A program made the position numbers and the translations under genes. The notes beneath the pieces were generated by a model, which made no database searches, was not told the DNA's origin, and was given only the letters and a program-made list of their open reading frames with translations. From an uncultured Acidobacteriaceae bacterium (GTDB lineage Bacteria > Acidobacteriota > Terriglobia > Terriglobales > Acidobacteriaceae), in assembly GCA_963731345.1 (NCBI GenBank), contig CAVSUN010000005.1, positions 446,311-510,310 of the forward strand: 64,000 nt of DNA. The letters run 5' to 3'. Positions 47,147 to 56,875 of this stretch are shown here, one piece after another; position 1 is the first letter of the stretch; each line of letters starts with the position of its first letter.

Positions 47147-48280
47147 CTAGCGGCCCCTGCCCCCGCCCCCGTGTCCTCCTCCCCCGCCGTGAGCACCTCC
47201 CATGCTGTTCATCCCGCGAGCAGCATATCCCTGGGTTACGCCACCATGGGCGTATCCGCTGAAGGCGCCCGAGTGGGTGCCCTGCTCTCCCTCTGGCGAT
47301 CCGAATCCGCGGTTGACCGGCGGCTCAACCGGATGGGCAGCATACGCCGGTTCTGAACCGTGATAGGCGGGTGCTCCGTGGTACGACTCGGCTGGTGCTG
47401 GGTGATATCCCGGCGCAGGCGCTCCGTGATAGGCCGGAACTGGAGGCCGTCCCGCGCCCCCGCGGTAAACGGGCGGAGCATAGGCACGATGATCGAAAAA
47501 TGCCGGACCGCGTGCTACCCAAGGCGCCCGATTGTAGTAGACGCGATGCGCTCCCCAATCCAAACCCCACGCCGGCCATCCCCACCCAAATGGACGCCAG
47601 AAGCCGATGTTGATGCCGAATCCAAAGCCAAAATACGGATGACCAACCCACACGGAACCGAAGACGAATCCCGGCCAGATCGGGAGCGGGGCGCCATAGA
47701 TGAGCCAAGGATCGTAAACCGGGACGTAAACGTAATCGGGGTTCGCCGGCTGAATCACGATGCTGGGACCGCTCGTAGTGACGACTTGTTGCGGAGTGGA
47801 GCTGAGATTTCCCGCCGCCTGGGCCTTCTGCCGCATGACCTGAATGGCATTCGTCACATCCTGCGGCTGATTGTAGTAAGCGTCCCCCAACGCCTGCGTC
47901 CATGAAAGATTCTGGTTCATGTTCGCCAGCACGGAGGGAAATTGAGCCAGCGCCTTGACGCTCGGGTCCCACGGCTGCTGATTAACGGCCTCGGCCAGGG
48001 CTTGACCTTGCAGGTTGGAGTTGGCCTCAAGCCAGCGTTCGGCCTCGACGACCTCCGTGGGATAGGTTGAAGCCGCCAATATCTGTGCGACGAGTGAGTC
48101 CGGATAGAGCGCAATCGGAGCTACTAGTTGTTGCAGCTGTTCCGGCGATTGCGGCGGTGCCTGTTGCGGTGCCGCTTCTTCCGGAGGCGGTGCAGGCTGC
48201 TGGTCCTGTGCCAGGCCGGAAATTGGCGCCAGCGCGCAGATCATCAGACAAAGCACCATGGCCAAGACTTTGTTTCTCAT
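47147..48280 (-). CDS. DUF3300 domain protein with Gly/Pro-rich tail
   Basis: LQQLVAPIALYPDSLVAQILAASTYPTEVVEAERWL. Signal peptide. C-terminal GGAHGGGGGHGGGGRGR. Confidence 0.8.
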   Translation of the reverse strand: MRNKVLAMVLCLMICALAPISGLAQDQQPAPPPEEAAPQQAPPQSPEQLQQLVAPIALYPDSLVAQILAASTYPTEVVEAERWLEANSNLQGQALAEAVNQQPWDPSVKALAQFPSVLANMNQNLSWTQALGDAYYNQPQDVTNAIQVMRQKAQAAGNLSSTPQQVVTTSGPSIVIQPANPDYVYVPVYDPWLIYGAPLPIWPGFVFGSVWVGHPYFGFGFGINIGFWRPFGWGWPAWGLDWGAHRVYYNRAPWVARGPAFFDHRAYAPPVYRGGAGRPPVPAYHGAPAPGYHPAPAESYHGAPAYHGSEPAYAAHPVEPPVNRGFGSPEGEQGTHSGAFSGYAHGGVTQGYAARGMNSMGGAHGGGGGHGGGGRGR

Positions 48281-48681
48281 ATGCTCTTACTCGCTTTTAT
48301 GGATGCAAAACCGCCATGATCAGTTCCCAATCTTCACTTTTCTGTGCACTTCGCAACAAGTCTTAACACCCGAGGAGGCATTCGCCAGGGGTACGACCCA
48401 GCTCTTCGAAAATCGCTGCAACGGGGAAGACTAACCCGCATCTCGAGAAGCGCGACGCCTGGGGCACCCTTTAGGGATCATTGCGAAGATTGCGCCAAAG
48501 ACGGAAGCTCCGCAGGTGGAGGGATATTCCCGTCGTCCCGCACCGGTTGGTATGCTTGCCGAGCGAACGATAGCGATTTCCGACCGCTCTCGCAAGACTC
48601 TCGCAGCCGGAATCCGTTAGTATATTTGCGGTGTTCCCTGCTGATTCTGCCGGCCTGTTCCGGCACAAAAGGAATTTCGGA

Positions 48682-49329
48682 ATGAAGCGTTCTTCGTATT
48701 TGCAAATCGGCTCGGCCGCCGTGCTGCTGCTCGTGAGCACGCTGGCGTGGAGCGCGGATGTCTCCATGCTGAAGCCGCCCAAGGGTTCCAAGGTCGCAAT
48801 TATCGCCTTCGAGGATTTGGAGTGTCCGCAGTGCGCCAAGGCGGCGCCGATGCTGCACGAGGCAGCCAAGAGGTACAACATCCCGCTGGTGCAATACGAC
48901 TTTCCGTTGCGTCAGCACCCGTGGTCGTACGAGGCCGCGGTGAACGCGCGCTACTTCGATACCAAATCCCTGAAGCTGGGCGATGACTATCGGCTGTACA
49001 TCTTCGCCAACCAGAATTCCATCACCAAGCAAAACCTGCGCGGCATCACGGAGAAGTGGGCCTCGGACCACGGGATCACGCTGCCGTTTGTCGTCGATCC
49101 TCAGGGGCAGCTCAGCGCCAAAGTTGACGCCGACCGGCAAATGGGTGAGCGCATTCCGCTCGACCACACTCCCACGATTTACATCGTGAATGACAGCGGA
49201 CATGGCGCCGCCGTGACCGAGGTGACGGACCTCTCGCAGCTGTATCAGCAATTAGATCAGGCTGTGAAGGCAGCGGGCGTGACCACTGAGGCACAGAAAT
49301 CCACGGCCCATAAGACCTCGAGTCACTAA
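48682..49329 (+). CDS. DsbA-family thiol:disulfide oxidoreductase
   Basis: ATG at 48682 (MKRSSYLQIG.. signal). Active site FEDLECPQCAKAAP. Confidence 0.75.
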   Translation: MKRSSYLQIGSAAVLLLVSTLAWSADVSMLKPPKGSKVAIIAFEDLECPQCAKAAPMLHEAAKRYNIPLVQYDFPLRQHPWSYEAAVNARYFDTKSLKLGDDYRLYIFANQNSITKQNLRGITEKWASDHGITLPFVVDPQGQLSAKVDADRQMGERIPLDHTPTIYIVNDSGHGAAVTEVTDLSQLYQQLDQAVKAAGVTTEAQKSTAHKTSSH

Positions 49330-49430
49330 AGGCCGTTCAAAGTGCAGTAGGCCGCTCGTGATGACAATCTCGCAGTGCGAACACGTTTCGCTTTGCCGCG
49401 AATGGTTAGGCTGCGGTAAGAGCAGTTCGT

Positions 49431-50543
49431 TTACTGCCCGGCGTAATACTCTTCCTGCGCCTGTACGATCAGATCTTTGTTAGTGGTAGTCAGGTTGATT
49501 TTGTGATAGCCGGGCGTGGCGAGAGCCTTTTCTGGCGTGAATCCCAGGTTGTACTGATTGCGCAGCTCTTCTTCGATCTGGCTGTAAATCTGGCTGACCG
49601 TTTCCTTCTTCGTTACTTCGAAGAAACGGCCGCCGGTTTCCTTCGATAGCCGCTGCAAAACCTTCTTGCCGTCGGGATGCTGGGTTTGCTGGGGATAACT
49701 GCCGCCGGGATATCCGCCACCACCGCCCCCTCCGGGATAGCGGCCCATGCCGCCGCCGCCGCCCCATCCGCCGTGACGACCCATTCCGCCGGGATATCCC
49801 TGATGCGAATAAGCGTCGGGATCGGAATAGAGGATCGAATAGACCAGCGTGTTGGCGCGCTGTGCGCTTTCGATGGCGCGATCCAGGCTGACCTTGCTGG
49901 CATTGTCCACGCCGTCGGTCAGGACGACTAGCGCCTTGCGGCCGTCCTGCTTACGCATCAACTCGTCGGAGGCCAGGAACACGGCGTCGTACAGCGCAGT
50001 ACCTCCGCCCATATGCTGCCCGCCTTGGCCACCACCACCTCCACCACCCGATGACCCGCCGCCCGCGTTCTGGAACTGCGGAGCGTCGAGCTTGTCGAGG
50101 GCCGCCTCCAGCTTAGGGTGCGAGTCGGTCAAGTCTTGCAACAGCTCGACCTCGCGATCGAAGTGAATGACGAACGCCTTGTCTTTGTCGACACGCATCA
50201 GGTCGTTGAGAAATCCGTAGCTGGCGGTCCGCTCCTGCTCGATCAGGCGACGCTGGCTGGCGCTGGTGTCCACCAGCAGGCCGAGCTTCAGCGGCAGATC
50301 GGTGTCCCGCGCGAAGTAACGGATGGTCTGGGGGTGACCGTCCTGCTCGAGCTTAAAGTCATCTTTGGTCAGATTGCTGACGATCTGGCCGTGCTTGTCG
50401 CGCACGGTAGCGAGCACGTTGACCACCTTCACGTCGGAAGAGAACGTTGGCGTCTGCTGGCTCGGTAGGGACGGCGCGGCCAGCAGCAGAACCATGGCCA
50501 GTGCAAGGAAGCGCAGGTAAGTAATAGGCGACAAAGAATCCAC
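49431..50543 (-). CDS. VWA domain protein (VWFA-related acidobacterial domain type)
   Basis: FSSDVKVVNVLATVRDKHGQIVSNLTKDDFKLEQDG then VWA (GLLVDTSASQ, VVLTDGVDNAS). Gly-rich tracts. Start tentative (GTG 50543 or ATG 50495); the long upstream extension is rejected. Confidence 0.7.
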   Translation of the reverse strand: MDSLSPITYLRFLALAMVLLLAAPSLPSQQTPTFSSDVKVVNVLATVRDKHGQIVSNLTKDDFKLEQDGHPQTIRYFARDTDLPLKLGLLVDTSASQRRLIEQERTASYGFLNDLMRVDKDKAFVIHFDREVELLQDLTDSHPKLEAALDKLDAPQFQNAGGGSSGGGGGGGQGGQHMGGGTALYDAVFLASDELMRKQDGRKALVVLTDGVDNASKVSLDRAIESAQRANTLVYSILYSDPDAYSHQGYPGGMGRHGGWGGGGGMGRYPGGGGGGGYPGGSYPQQTQHPDGKKVLQRLSKETGGRFFEVTKKETVSQIYSQIEEELRNQYNLGFTPEKALATPGYHKINLTTTNKDLIVQAQEEYYAGQ

Positions 50544-50684
50544 TGCTTTCTTAAGACACAACTCTAGTATGTGGCGCGAGGAGCCATTCACAAGAACCCC
50601 TGAACCCGTCGAAAGTTGCCGCTCAGCGTCTGGGGAACGGGCATAGTTGCGCAACTTCGTCGGCGGGATTGGGTTGCTAGCGGT

Positions 50685-51350
50685 ATGGTTTCGCCTGAAA
50701 TCGGCGCGGGCGCCAGCGCTGAGAAAAACAACACTATCTCCTCCCGGGAACGGATTCTTCTGGCCGCAAAGCATCTGTTTGCCCGCAACGGCTACGAGAA
50801 CACTAGCACGGTCGCGATTGCCCGCGAGGCGGGCACCAGCGAATCGCAACTGATGAAGCACTTCGGCAGCAAGCAGGGTTTGCTGTCGGCGATTCTCGAC
50901 CGCGGCTGGGCGGCCATAATTCAGCGTGTGCAAGCACTGCGCGTGGACGCTGCGCCTGCCGACCGCATGATTGGCATGCTGGAAGCCATGGTGGTCGAAA
51001 TGGAAAATGATCGCGAGTTGAAAGAGCTGGCGACACTGGAGGCGCGGCGGGTGCGCAGGGATAGCCGCGAGGTGCACATGAGCCGTGGCTACCGGCAATT
51101 CACGGAATTACTCGATGGCTTGTTGAGCGAAATGCGAGGCCGGCAACAAATTCGGCCGGACGTGAATCTGGAAGCGGCGCGCGCTGCCTTGGTGGGAATG
51201 GTGGAAAGTCTGCTGCGCGATCAGGTGGTTGCCGGGCGTTCCGATTTGCGGGCCGGCTACGGCTTCGACGATGTCCGGAATCTGCTGCTTGTATTGGTGG
51301 CTGCCCTCAGCGGTGAAGCCGCCGCGCCGCTTAAATCTGCCACCGGGTAA
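50685..51350 (+). CDS. TetR family transcriptional regulator
   Basis: RERILLAAKHLFARNGYENTSTVAIAREAGTSESQLMKHFGSKQGLL. Confidence 0.85.
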   Translation: MVSPEIGAGASAEKNNTISSRERILLAAKHLFARNGYENTSTVAIAREAGTSESQLMKHFGSKQGLLSAILDRGWAAIIQRVQALRVDAAPADRMIGMLEAMVVEMENDRELKELATLEARRVRRDSREVHMSRGYRQFTELLDGLLSEMRGRQQIRPDVNLEAARAALVGMVESLLRDQVVAGRSDLRAGYGFDDVRNLLLVLVAALSGEAAAPLKSATG

Positions 51351-51573
51351 GGCCTGGCTCAGCCGTGTCCGGCAGCGAGCGATACACTCCATCCTCGATT
51401 TTGCCGCCCACTGGCGTGGAGTGGGTGATGGGCACCGTGACTACGCGGCTGGCGTGGTAGTTCAGGAACAACCAGGCTCCCCCGCCCAGAATTCCTGCGA
51501 CGACTGCGATCAGCACTTTCAGAATAAGCAAGCGTCTCGGTTTGCGGGCAGGCAACGTTTCCGGCATACACAT
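51331..51573 (-). CDS. possible small membrane protein
   Basis: 80-aa ORF with one TM (LLILKVLIAVVAGILGGGAWLFL). ORF evidence only. Confidence 0.3.
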   Translation of the reverse strand: MCMPETLPARKPRRLLILKVLIAVVAGILGGGAWLFLNYHASRVVTVPITHSTPVGGKIEDGVYRSLPDTAEPGLTRWQI

Positions 51574-51737
51574 ACGAACCGAATTCGCCGCCGAAAGTTG
51601 TCCTCAGCAACTGTTTCTGCTCACCCGGATTCGCGGCTCGTCCCTACGCCGGCGTTGCTTGAACCCACCGCAATACCACCTGGCCGCTGGGTTCGGAATC
51701 GAACCATGAGTTCGCAATTTCCCTAAGAGGGTAAGTC

Positions 51738-52181
51738 ATGAAAGCTGCGTTTATGCTGGGCCGGCTGATCTTCGGTGGCTTCTTTCTGTACAGCGGAATT
51801 CATCATTTCCAGGCGAGAAAAGCCATGAGCCACTACGTCGCCGCCAAAGGCATACCCATGCCCGAGTTAGCGGTAACCGCAAGCGGGGCGCTTCTGGTTG
51901 CGGGCGGGACCAGCATTCTGTTGGGCGTGAAGCCGAAGCTGGGGACGCTGGCCGTCATCGCGTTTCTCGGCGGCGTGTCGCCGATCATGCACGACTTCTG
52001 GAGCGTGAAAGATCCTAACCAGAGCCAGGAGCAGATGATTCATTTTATGAAGAACATCGCGATGCTGGGTGGAGCACTGGCGCTGATGGGTGTGGAAGAA
52101 CCGTGGCCGGCAAGCTCGCCCGTGGGCCAGCCCTCGCGCCTGGAGTGGGTAAAGCGCTACGCACGCCAAGTGGGAGTGTAA
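51738..52181 (+). CDS. DoxX family membrane protein
   Basis: LGRLIFGGFFLYSGIHHF.. with 4 TM segments, typical of DoxX. Confidence 0.8.
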   Translation: MKAAFMLGRLIFGGFFLYSGIHHFQARKAMSHYVAAKGIPMPELAVTASGALLVAGGTSILLGVKPKLGTLAVIAFLGGVSPIMHDFWSVKDPNQSQEQMIHFMKNIAMLGGALALMGVEEPWPASSPVGQPSRLEWVKRYARQVGV

Positions 52182-52381
52182 GGGCGCTCAGCACTCGGTA
52201 CTCGGTCAACGACAATATGGGCGCACGTCGAGACCGCCTAGCCCTCTGTGGAAAGGGTGAAATTGCTGCCTGCTGAGTGCTGAAGGCTGAGTACTGTAAA
52301 CCGTAAGCCGGAATCCCCGGCTATTCTCCACTCCGCTTTTTTCTCTACCTTCGCCAGCCTTCCTGTAAGAAAATTCGCGCC

Positions 52382-52909
52382 GTGGTGACTACCTCAGATG
52401 TGAGAGGCCAGGACGACCTTTATCAGCAGGCCGCCTCGGAGTATGGCGCTGCGCTGGCGCGGCTGGCGCGTGGCTATGAGGCCGACGAGGACAAGCGCCG
52501 CGACCTGCTGCAGGAAATTCACCTTGCACTATGGCGAAGTTTCGAAGGCTTTAGTGGGTCGTGTTCGCTGCGAACTTGGGTATATCGCGTGGCACACAAT
52601 GCCGCCACTTCGTATGTGATTCGGCAGCGGCGCGCCCGCCCGCAGACCTTAGTCGGGCTGGACGAAGTCGATGTTTTGCCGATCAAGCCGGAAACAGACA
52701 GGAATTTGGCGCTGCTTCAGTTGACCGACCTGATCAGACGCCTGAAACCTCTTGATCGGCAGGTCATTCTGGCGTGGCTGGACGGTATGGATGCGGTCGC
52801 GATTAGCGAACTCACGGGCCTTACGTCCGGCAACGTAGCCACGAAAGTTCACCGGATCAAGAACGTTCTGGCCAGGGATTTTCAGGGAGTAAGCGATGGA
52901 CGATCCTAG
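52382..52909 (+). CDS. ECF-type RNA polymerase sigma factor
   Basis: Region 2 DLLQEIHLALWRSF..WVYRVAHN. Region 4 AISELTGLTSGNVATKVHRIKNVL. Confidence 0.85.
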   Translation: MVTTSDVRGQDDLYQQAASEYGAALARLARGYEADEDKRRDLLQEIHLALWRSFEGFSGSCSLRTWVYRVAHNAATSYVIRQRRARPQTLVGLDEVDVLPIKPETDRNLALLQLTDLIRRLKPLDRQVILAWLDGMDAVAISELTGLTSGNVATKVHRIKNVLARDFQGVSDGRS

Positions 52910-53462
52910 AGCTCTTTGGCAAACACAGGAGGTAGAAGAGATGAGATTCACAGTGGAAGAACTGCGCACCAAGGCGGCCAAATTTCAGCGCCGAGTGCAG
53001 CGTCGAAACCTGCGCGAATACTTGGCTGCTGTGATTGTCATTGTGTGGTGTGGGCTGTCCTTCTGGAACATGCCCCAGATCGTGCCACGCTTAGCCTTCG
53101 CGTGGCTGATCGCGGCGTCAATCTTCTACATTTGGTATCTCCAGCGACGGGGCTCCGCGAGGCCTTCGCCCGCAAACATGCAGGGCGCAGCTTGCGCGAG
53201 CTTTTATCGCGGTGAGCTCGAAAGGCAGCGCGATCTGCTGCACAGCGTCTGGAAGTGGGCCCTCACTCCAGTACTGCCCGGAGTGACCTTGCTTGCAGCC
53301 CATAGCATCGCGACCGCTCCTTCCGCAAAGCGTGGGCAGCAAGTCGGCTATGCGCTGGCAGAAGCGGGATTATTCGCCGCGGTCGTTTGGTTGAACATGC
53401 GCGCGGCACGACGGCTTAACCGCCGGATCGCAGAGTTAGATCAGGAAGCGCGCGTAATGTAG
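52896..53462 (+). CDS. putative membrane anti-sigma partner
   Basis: Overlaps the sigma gene by 14 nt. Cytoplasmic N-terminus followed by multiple TM segments. Confidence 0.45.
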   Translation: MDDPRALWQTQEVEEMRFTVEELRTKAAKFQRRVQRRNLREYLAAVIVIVWCGLSFWNMPQIVPRLAFAWLIAASIFYIWYLQRRGSARPSPANMQGAACASFYRGELERQRDLLHSVWKWALTPVLPGVTLLAAHSIATAPSAKRGQQVGYALAEAGLFAAVVWLNMRAARRLNRRIAELDQEARVM

Positions 53463-53534
53463 CCCAGCTTTGGAGAGTGCTACGGAACGTGCATGGCGGG
53501 GAGACTGAATGCTGACAGCTGATTGCTGGGTTTA

Positions 53535-53584
53535 TGGTCGGGACGGGCAGATTTGAACTGCCGACCCCTCGCACCCCAAGCGAG
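53535..53584 (-). other. 3' fragment of tRNA-Pro(GGG): att-like island junction, not a functional tRNA
   Basis: Minus strand reads ctcgc-ttggggt-gcgag-gggtc-ggcag-ttcaaat-ctgcc-cgtcccg-a-cca (anticodon arm to CCA). The upstream 26 nt lack the acceptor partner cgggacg and a D arm. Confidence 0.7.
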
Positions 53585-53757
53585 AAAAGACCAGAACAGG
53601 CCACGGGGGCTGGAATCAACGGCTTACGCGGTGTTTCCTCGTCGCCGAAATTTTAAGGCAGGGTGTCAATCCGCGCAAGACCCACATCGCAATTCAGACG
53701 CGACAGCACATTCAGTCCCTCTGTACCTGAAGAGGCGTGGTGTCTCATTTACAACGT

Positions 53758-54711
53758 TTAATGGGCTTCCTTGCCGCGCGGGGGGGCGTCTACAGCCTGT
53801 TTTTGACGCCCTAGTCGGTCGCTAAGTGATAGCGCCGTGTCTATTGCGTGGAGGACCCGGATTGCTTCTGCCCGCACATTCGGAGCCTCGAAACGGCCAT
53901 GTTGTATGCCGTGCCGAGAAAGCACCGGAGCGACATTCGGCGAAATGGCCGGAACTTGAACGTAAAGCTCGCTGACAAACGTGGCCAGTGAGAGCCACAT
54001 AGCAGCCGCGAACATCTGGCGCTTTGCATCTCTCGCGACACGGCCTCCTGCCTGAAGTGCCTTCTTTACGTCACGAGAAAGCAAGTTTGGCGGATTTAGT
54101 CGCAGTATGACATTTTCCAGAACCGCAATCAGCTGCGGAATTGCTATCGAGTAGTCTCCACGTCGTATGGAATTGAAGCATTGTGGCAGGACCGTCCGAA
54201 AAGCTTCTGTGGCAACGTGCCCACATATTCGCCTCTCCATCCTTTCCAAGCTGGCGTCGTTTTCGTCATACCATTGCAAGACGTATGAATCAGCATCTTC
54301 TCTCGTCTCAAGCTGCGCCAGTTCAACAAGGTCGCTGAAGTAAAAATGACACGGAAATGTCCAGCCCAGCTTTGCTATATGGTCCGTTCGCTCAAGCGTG
54401 GCTGATACCTGCTTCGATGCATCTGCCACCAGGTTCCCGAACTGCACGCCCAAATGAACAGCATTTGCGATACCTGCTTGGAACGCTCGTATCTCCTCAC
54501 GGTTTACTTCAACCCACGAAACGAAATTCTTTTGGACTTCGCGCAACTGCTGCACAAGCTCCACGTATGGTCCAGCAATCGTTGCGACGGCTTTAGAAAT
54601 CTCCGTCTGGGCTTGGTTGAACTGTCGCACGGTTTCGAGTGTTTCTTTTCTCAAATCCTCGACAATCCTCGCGGTTTGCCCGTCGAGCGCCTTCGAGTGG
54701 TCGTCCGGCAC
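53758..54711 (-). CDS. hypothetical protein with C-terminal HEPN-like Rx4H motif
   Basis: 317 aa, helical. SRHGIQHG (R266..H271, nt 53899-53916) fits the HEPN Rx4-6H signature. No other recognisable domain. Confidence 0.45.
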   Translation of the reverse strand: MPDDHSKALDGQTARIVEDLRKETLETVRQFNQAQTEISKAVATIAGPYVELVQQLREVQKNFVSWVEVNREEIRAFQAGIANAVHLGVQFGNLVADASKQVSATLERTDHIAKLGWTFPCHFYFSDLVELAQLETREDADSYVLQWYDENDASLERMERRICGHVATEAFRTVLPQCFNSIRRGDYSIAIPQLIAVLENVILRLNPPNLLSRDVKKALQAGGRVARDAKRQMFAAAMWLSLATFVSELYVQVPAISPNVAPVLSRHGIQHGRFEAPNVRAEAIRVLHAIDTALSLSDRLGRQKQAVDAPPRGKEAH

Positions 54712-54864
54712 GATTGGTTATCTCCTTGTCATGCAGCGGTTTGATATTTGGCAGGCTGACTTGAGTAATCGACGCATTGACAACTTTCCCCTGAACCCTC
54801 AAGCTTTCTGCGGTCCGTTGGTAGACCGAACTGCGTCGCCTTGCCGCGTACCTCGAAAAGCAAC

Positions 54865-54888
54865 AGTTGCACAGATTGTTGTGCAACT
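54865..54888. promoter_or_regulatory. palindromic operator candidate between the divergent 317-aa gene and the DUF5131 gene
   Basis: agttgcaca-gattgt-tgtgcaact (9-bp arms), 45 nt upstream of the ATG at 54933. Confidence 0.4.
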
Positions 54889-54932
54889 ACAATTCACTTT
54901 AAACTATTCTAGCTTAGCCGAATAAAAAGCGA

Positions 54933-55688
54933 ATGTCTCAGAAGTCTAAAATCGAGTGGACAGATGCAACGTGGAATCCGGTGCGCGGCTGTACGAAGGT
55001 CAGCCCCGGTTGCAAGCACTGCTATGCGGAAGTGTTCGCGGAGCGTTTTCGAGGAGTTCCGAAGCACCCTTACGAACAGGGTTTTGATTTGCGTTTGGTG
55101 CCTGAGAAACTGCAAGAGCCGCTGAAGTGGAGGATGTCGCGCCTCATATTTGTGAACTCGATGAGTGACCTTTTCCAGGACGGAATACCGGACGACTACG
55201 TGGTTCAAGTTGCGGAGGTCATGAATAGCGCCTCTTGGCATACCTTTCAAGTACTTACCAAAAGGGCGGACCGAATGCGGAGCCTGCTCAATTCAAAGCT
55301 CAGATTTGCCGCACAATCTCCGCATATCTGGTGGGGTGTGAGCGTCGAAAATCGCAAGTATGGTTTGCCCCGTATTGCAGAACTGCGAGCAGCTAAGACC
55401 GCGATGCGTTTCTTGTCTGTCGAGCCCTTGCTTGAGGACGTCGGGACGATAGACCTATCGGGTATTCACTGGGTCATCGTAGGGGGCGAGAGCGGTCCCG
55501 GAGCGCGGCCAATGGAGAAAGAGTGGGTTCTGTCCATTCGGAATCAATGCCGGAAGGCGCGAGTCCCGTTCTTTTTCAAGCAGTGGGGAGGCGTTCACAA
55601 AGCCAAGAACGGTCGGATACTCGAAGGTCGAACTTATGACCAGATGCCTACTTTGGGAGTAGCTGTCGCTGGCCACCGTGGAACTTGA
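54933..55688 (+). CDS. DUF5131 (phage Gp37/Gp68) three-Cys-motif protein
   Basis: MSQKSKIEWTDATWNPVRGCTKVSPGCKHCYAE.. and WVIVGGESGPGARPMEKEWV..C....VPFFFKQWGG are hallmarks of the Gp37/Gp68 family. Confidence 0.8.
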   Translation: MSQKSKIEWTDATWNPVRGCTKVSPGCKHCYAEVFAERFRGVPKHPYEQGFDLRLVPEKLQEPLKWRMSRLIFVNSMSDLFQDGIPDDYVVQVAEVMNSASWHTFQVLTKRADRMRSLLNSKLRFAAQSPHIWWGVSVENRKYGLPRIAELRAAKTAMRFLSVEPLLEDVGTIDLSGIHWVIVGGESGPGARPMEKEWVLSIRNQCRKARVPFFFKQWGGVHKAKNGRILEGRTYDQMPTLGVAVAGHRGT

Positions 55689-56796
55689 CGATGGTTCCAT
55701 CAGGGTATGTGCCACGCCTACGCCCCGTCTTCGCACTCACTACGCTCATCGCCCCTTCTTTCTCCATTGGCGCAAGTATTGGCTTTTTAAGGTGTGTTCG
55801 CAAGAACGGAGTGTTTGCGACGACCCAGTCTCCAAGCGCTTCAATCTCTATCTCGATGTTAGCAAATTTGTCTGTGATTATTTCCCGCAGCCAGTCGTAG
55901 TCCGGTGCAGCCTCAAAAAGCGGAATCTGCTTTTTCGAATTAGTGAAATCCGAAAAGGAAAATTCTCCAGCAGGGTCCACCTTCCACATCGCATGCTTCA
56001 TGACGTCAAGACCTTTTAAGCTATTCGTCGCGAAAAACAGAAAGTAGTCAGCCGAATTGCTCTTATTCACCATCTCGAAGGAGCGCACGTACTCACCAAC
56101 AGTTTGGAGTTGTTCCAAATAGAGGTCGTGAATATACGCTAAACGCTCGGCAGGGTCGCAGATACCAATCGCGCCGCGCCATTCGCGAGTGCCAAACTGA
56201 GCATCGAAGTGACCCGCGAAATCGGGATTTGAGAGAAAACGGTTTATCTCCTCGTACATGAAGTTGATTAGAATTTCGGTCTTTGGACTCCCCATCAATT
56301 GCGCCACTGTGTTGAATGGGGTATGCGAGAAGCCAAAGGGGTCGAGGAAAGAGAGTGTTGGTGCGTCTCGTTTTCTCTGCTCTTCAACTTCTGCAAACAC
56401 CTCGTTGACGTGGTCATTAAACTTTCCGTGCAGGTGACGATATTTGATGTTCTTGGGGAGAGTTGGCTTTATGTTGGCTAAGACCTGGACTAGGTGTTCG
56501 TAGCGGCCTCGGTCGTCTTCAATGAACAAACAGATGAGCTCAGCGTTAAACTTCTGAACGTGGTCTCTCGCGGCTTTGAGCACCACGACAGGCGAGCCAT
56601 CTTCGCCCTTGCTATATTCGCCAGGTCCAGCGAAAGCATCAATGTATAGCAGTCGCTGATTGGAGTTCGCTAGTATCGGTAGCCACCCTTGAAAGTGGCG
56701 ACGCAAAATCTCATGTTTTTTCGCTGTGTGCGGTTCAAGGTCCCACACCGTCTCTAAAACCCTGCTCATATCGGTGCTCCTACGATGTGATACCAC
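55648..56796 (-). CDS. tcmP: three-Cys-motif partner protein TcmP
   Basis: WDLEPHTAKKHEILRRHFQGWLPIL..LLYIDAFAGPGEY..GSPVV matches the TcmP N-terminal signature. Start is GTG 56796 or ATG 56769. Confidence 0.72.
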   Translation of the reverse strand: MVSHRRSTDMSRVLETVWDLEPHTAKKHEILRRHFQGWLPILANSNQRLLYIDAFAGPGEYSKGEDGSPVVVLKAARDHVQKFNAELICLFIEDDRGRYEHLVQVLANIKPTLPKNIKYRHLHGKFNDHVNEVFAEVEEQRKRDAPTLSFLDPFGFSHTPFNTVAQLMGSPKTEILINFMYEEINRFLSNPDFAGHFDAQFGTREWRGAIGICDPAERLAYIHDLYLEQLQTVGEYVRSFEMVNKSNSADYFLFFATNSLKGLDVMKHAMWKVDPAGEFSFSDFTNSKKQIPLFEAAPDYDWLREIITDKFANIEIEIEALGDWVVANTPFLRTHLKKPILAPMEKEGAMSVVSAKTGRRRGTYPDGTIVKFHGGQRQLLPK

Positions 56797-56834
56797 GCAG
56801 TTGTCATGAATAAAAGGCGAAATTGCAGTGGTAA

Positions 56835-56875
56835 TTGTGCAAAAGTGTGGATAGGTTGTGCAAGGCTGTGCACAG
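56835..56875. promoter_or_regulatory. repeated TGTGCA(A/C) motifs upstream of tcmP
   Basis: ttgtgcaa at 56835-56842 and 56856-56863 (21-bp spacing), plus the palindrome ctgtgcacag at 56866-56875. Confidence 0.4.

Noticed and set aside
50544-51098. Upstream extension of the VWA protein ORF, overlapping the TetR gene on the other strand
   Set aside because: The extension lacks any signal or domain features and is antisense to a clear TetR coding region. A signal-peptide-like start occurs near 50543/50495.
52186-52296. Apparent long-range inverted repeat (cagcactc/gtactc vs gagtgctg/gagtac) upstream of the ECF sigma gene as a hairpin or terminator
   Set aside because: The complementary blocks are in non-nested order, so a simple stem cannot form. 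It is more likely reiteration of a short CTGAGT/CAGCAC-type motif.
53535-53612. Full-length tRNA-Pro gene on the minus strand
   Set aside because: Only the anticodon arm to the CCA end folds. The upstream 26 nt cannot supply the acceptor 5' strand (cgggacg) or a D arm. It is called a truncated att-like fragment instead.
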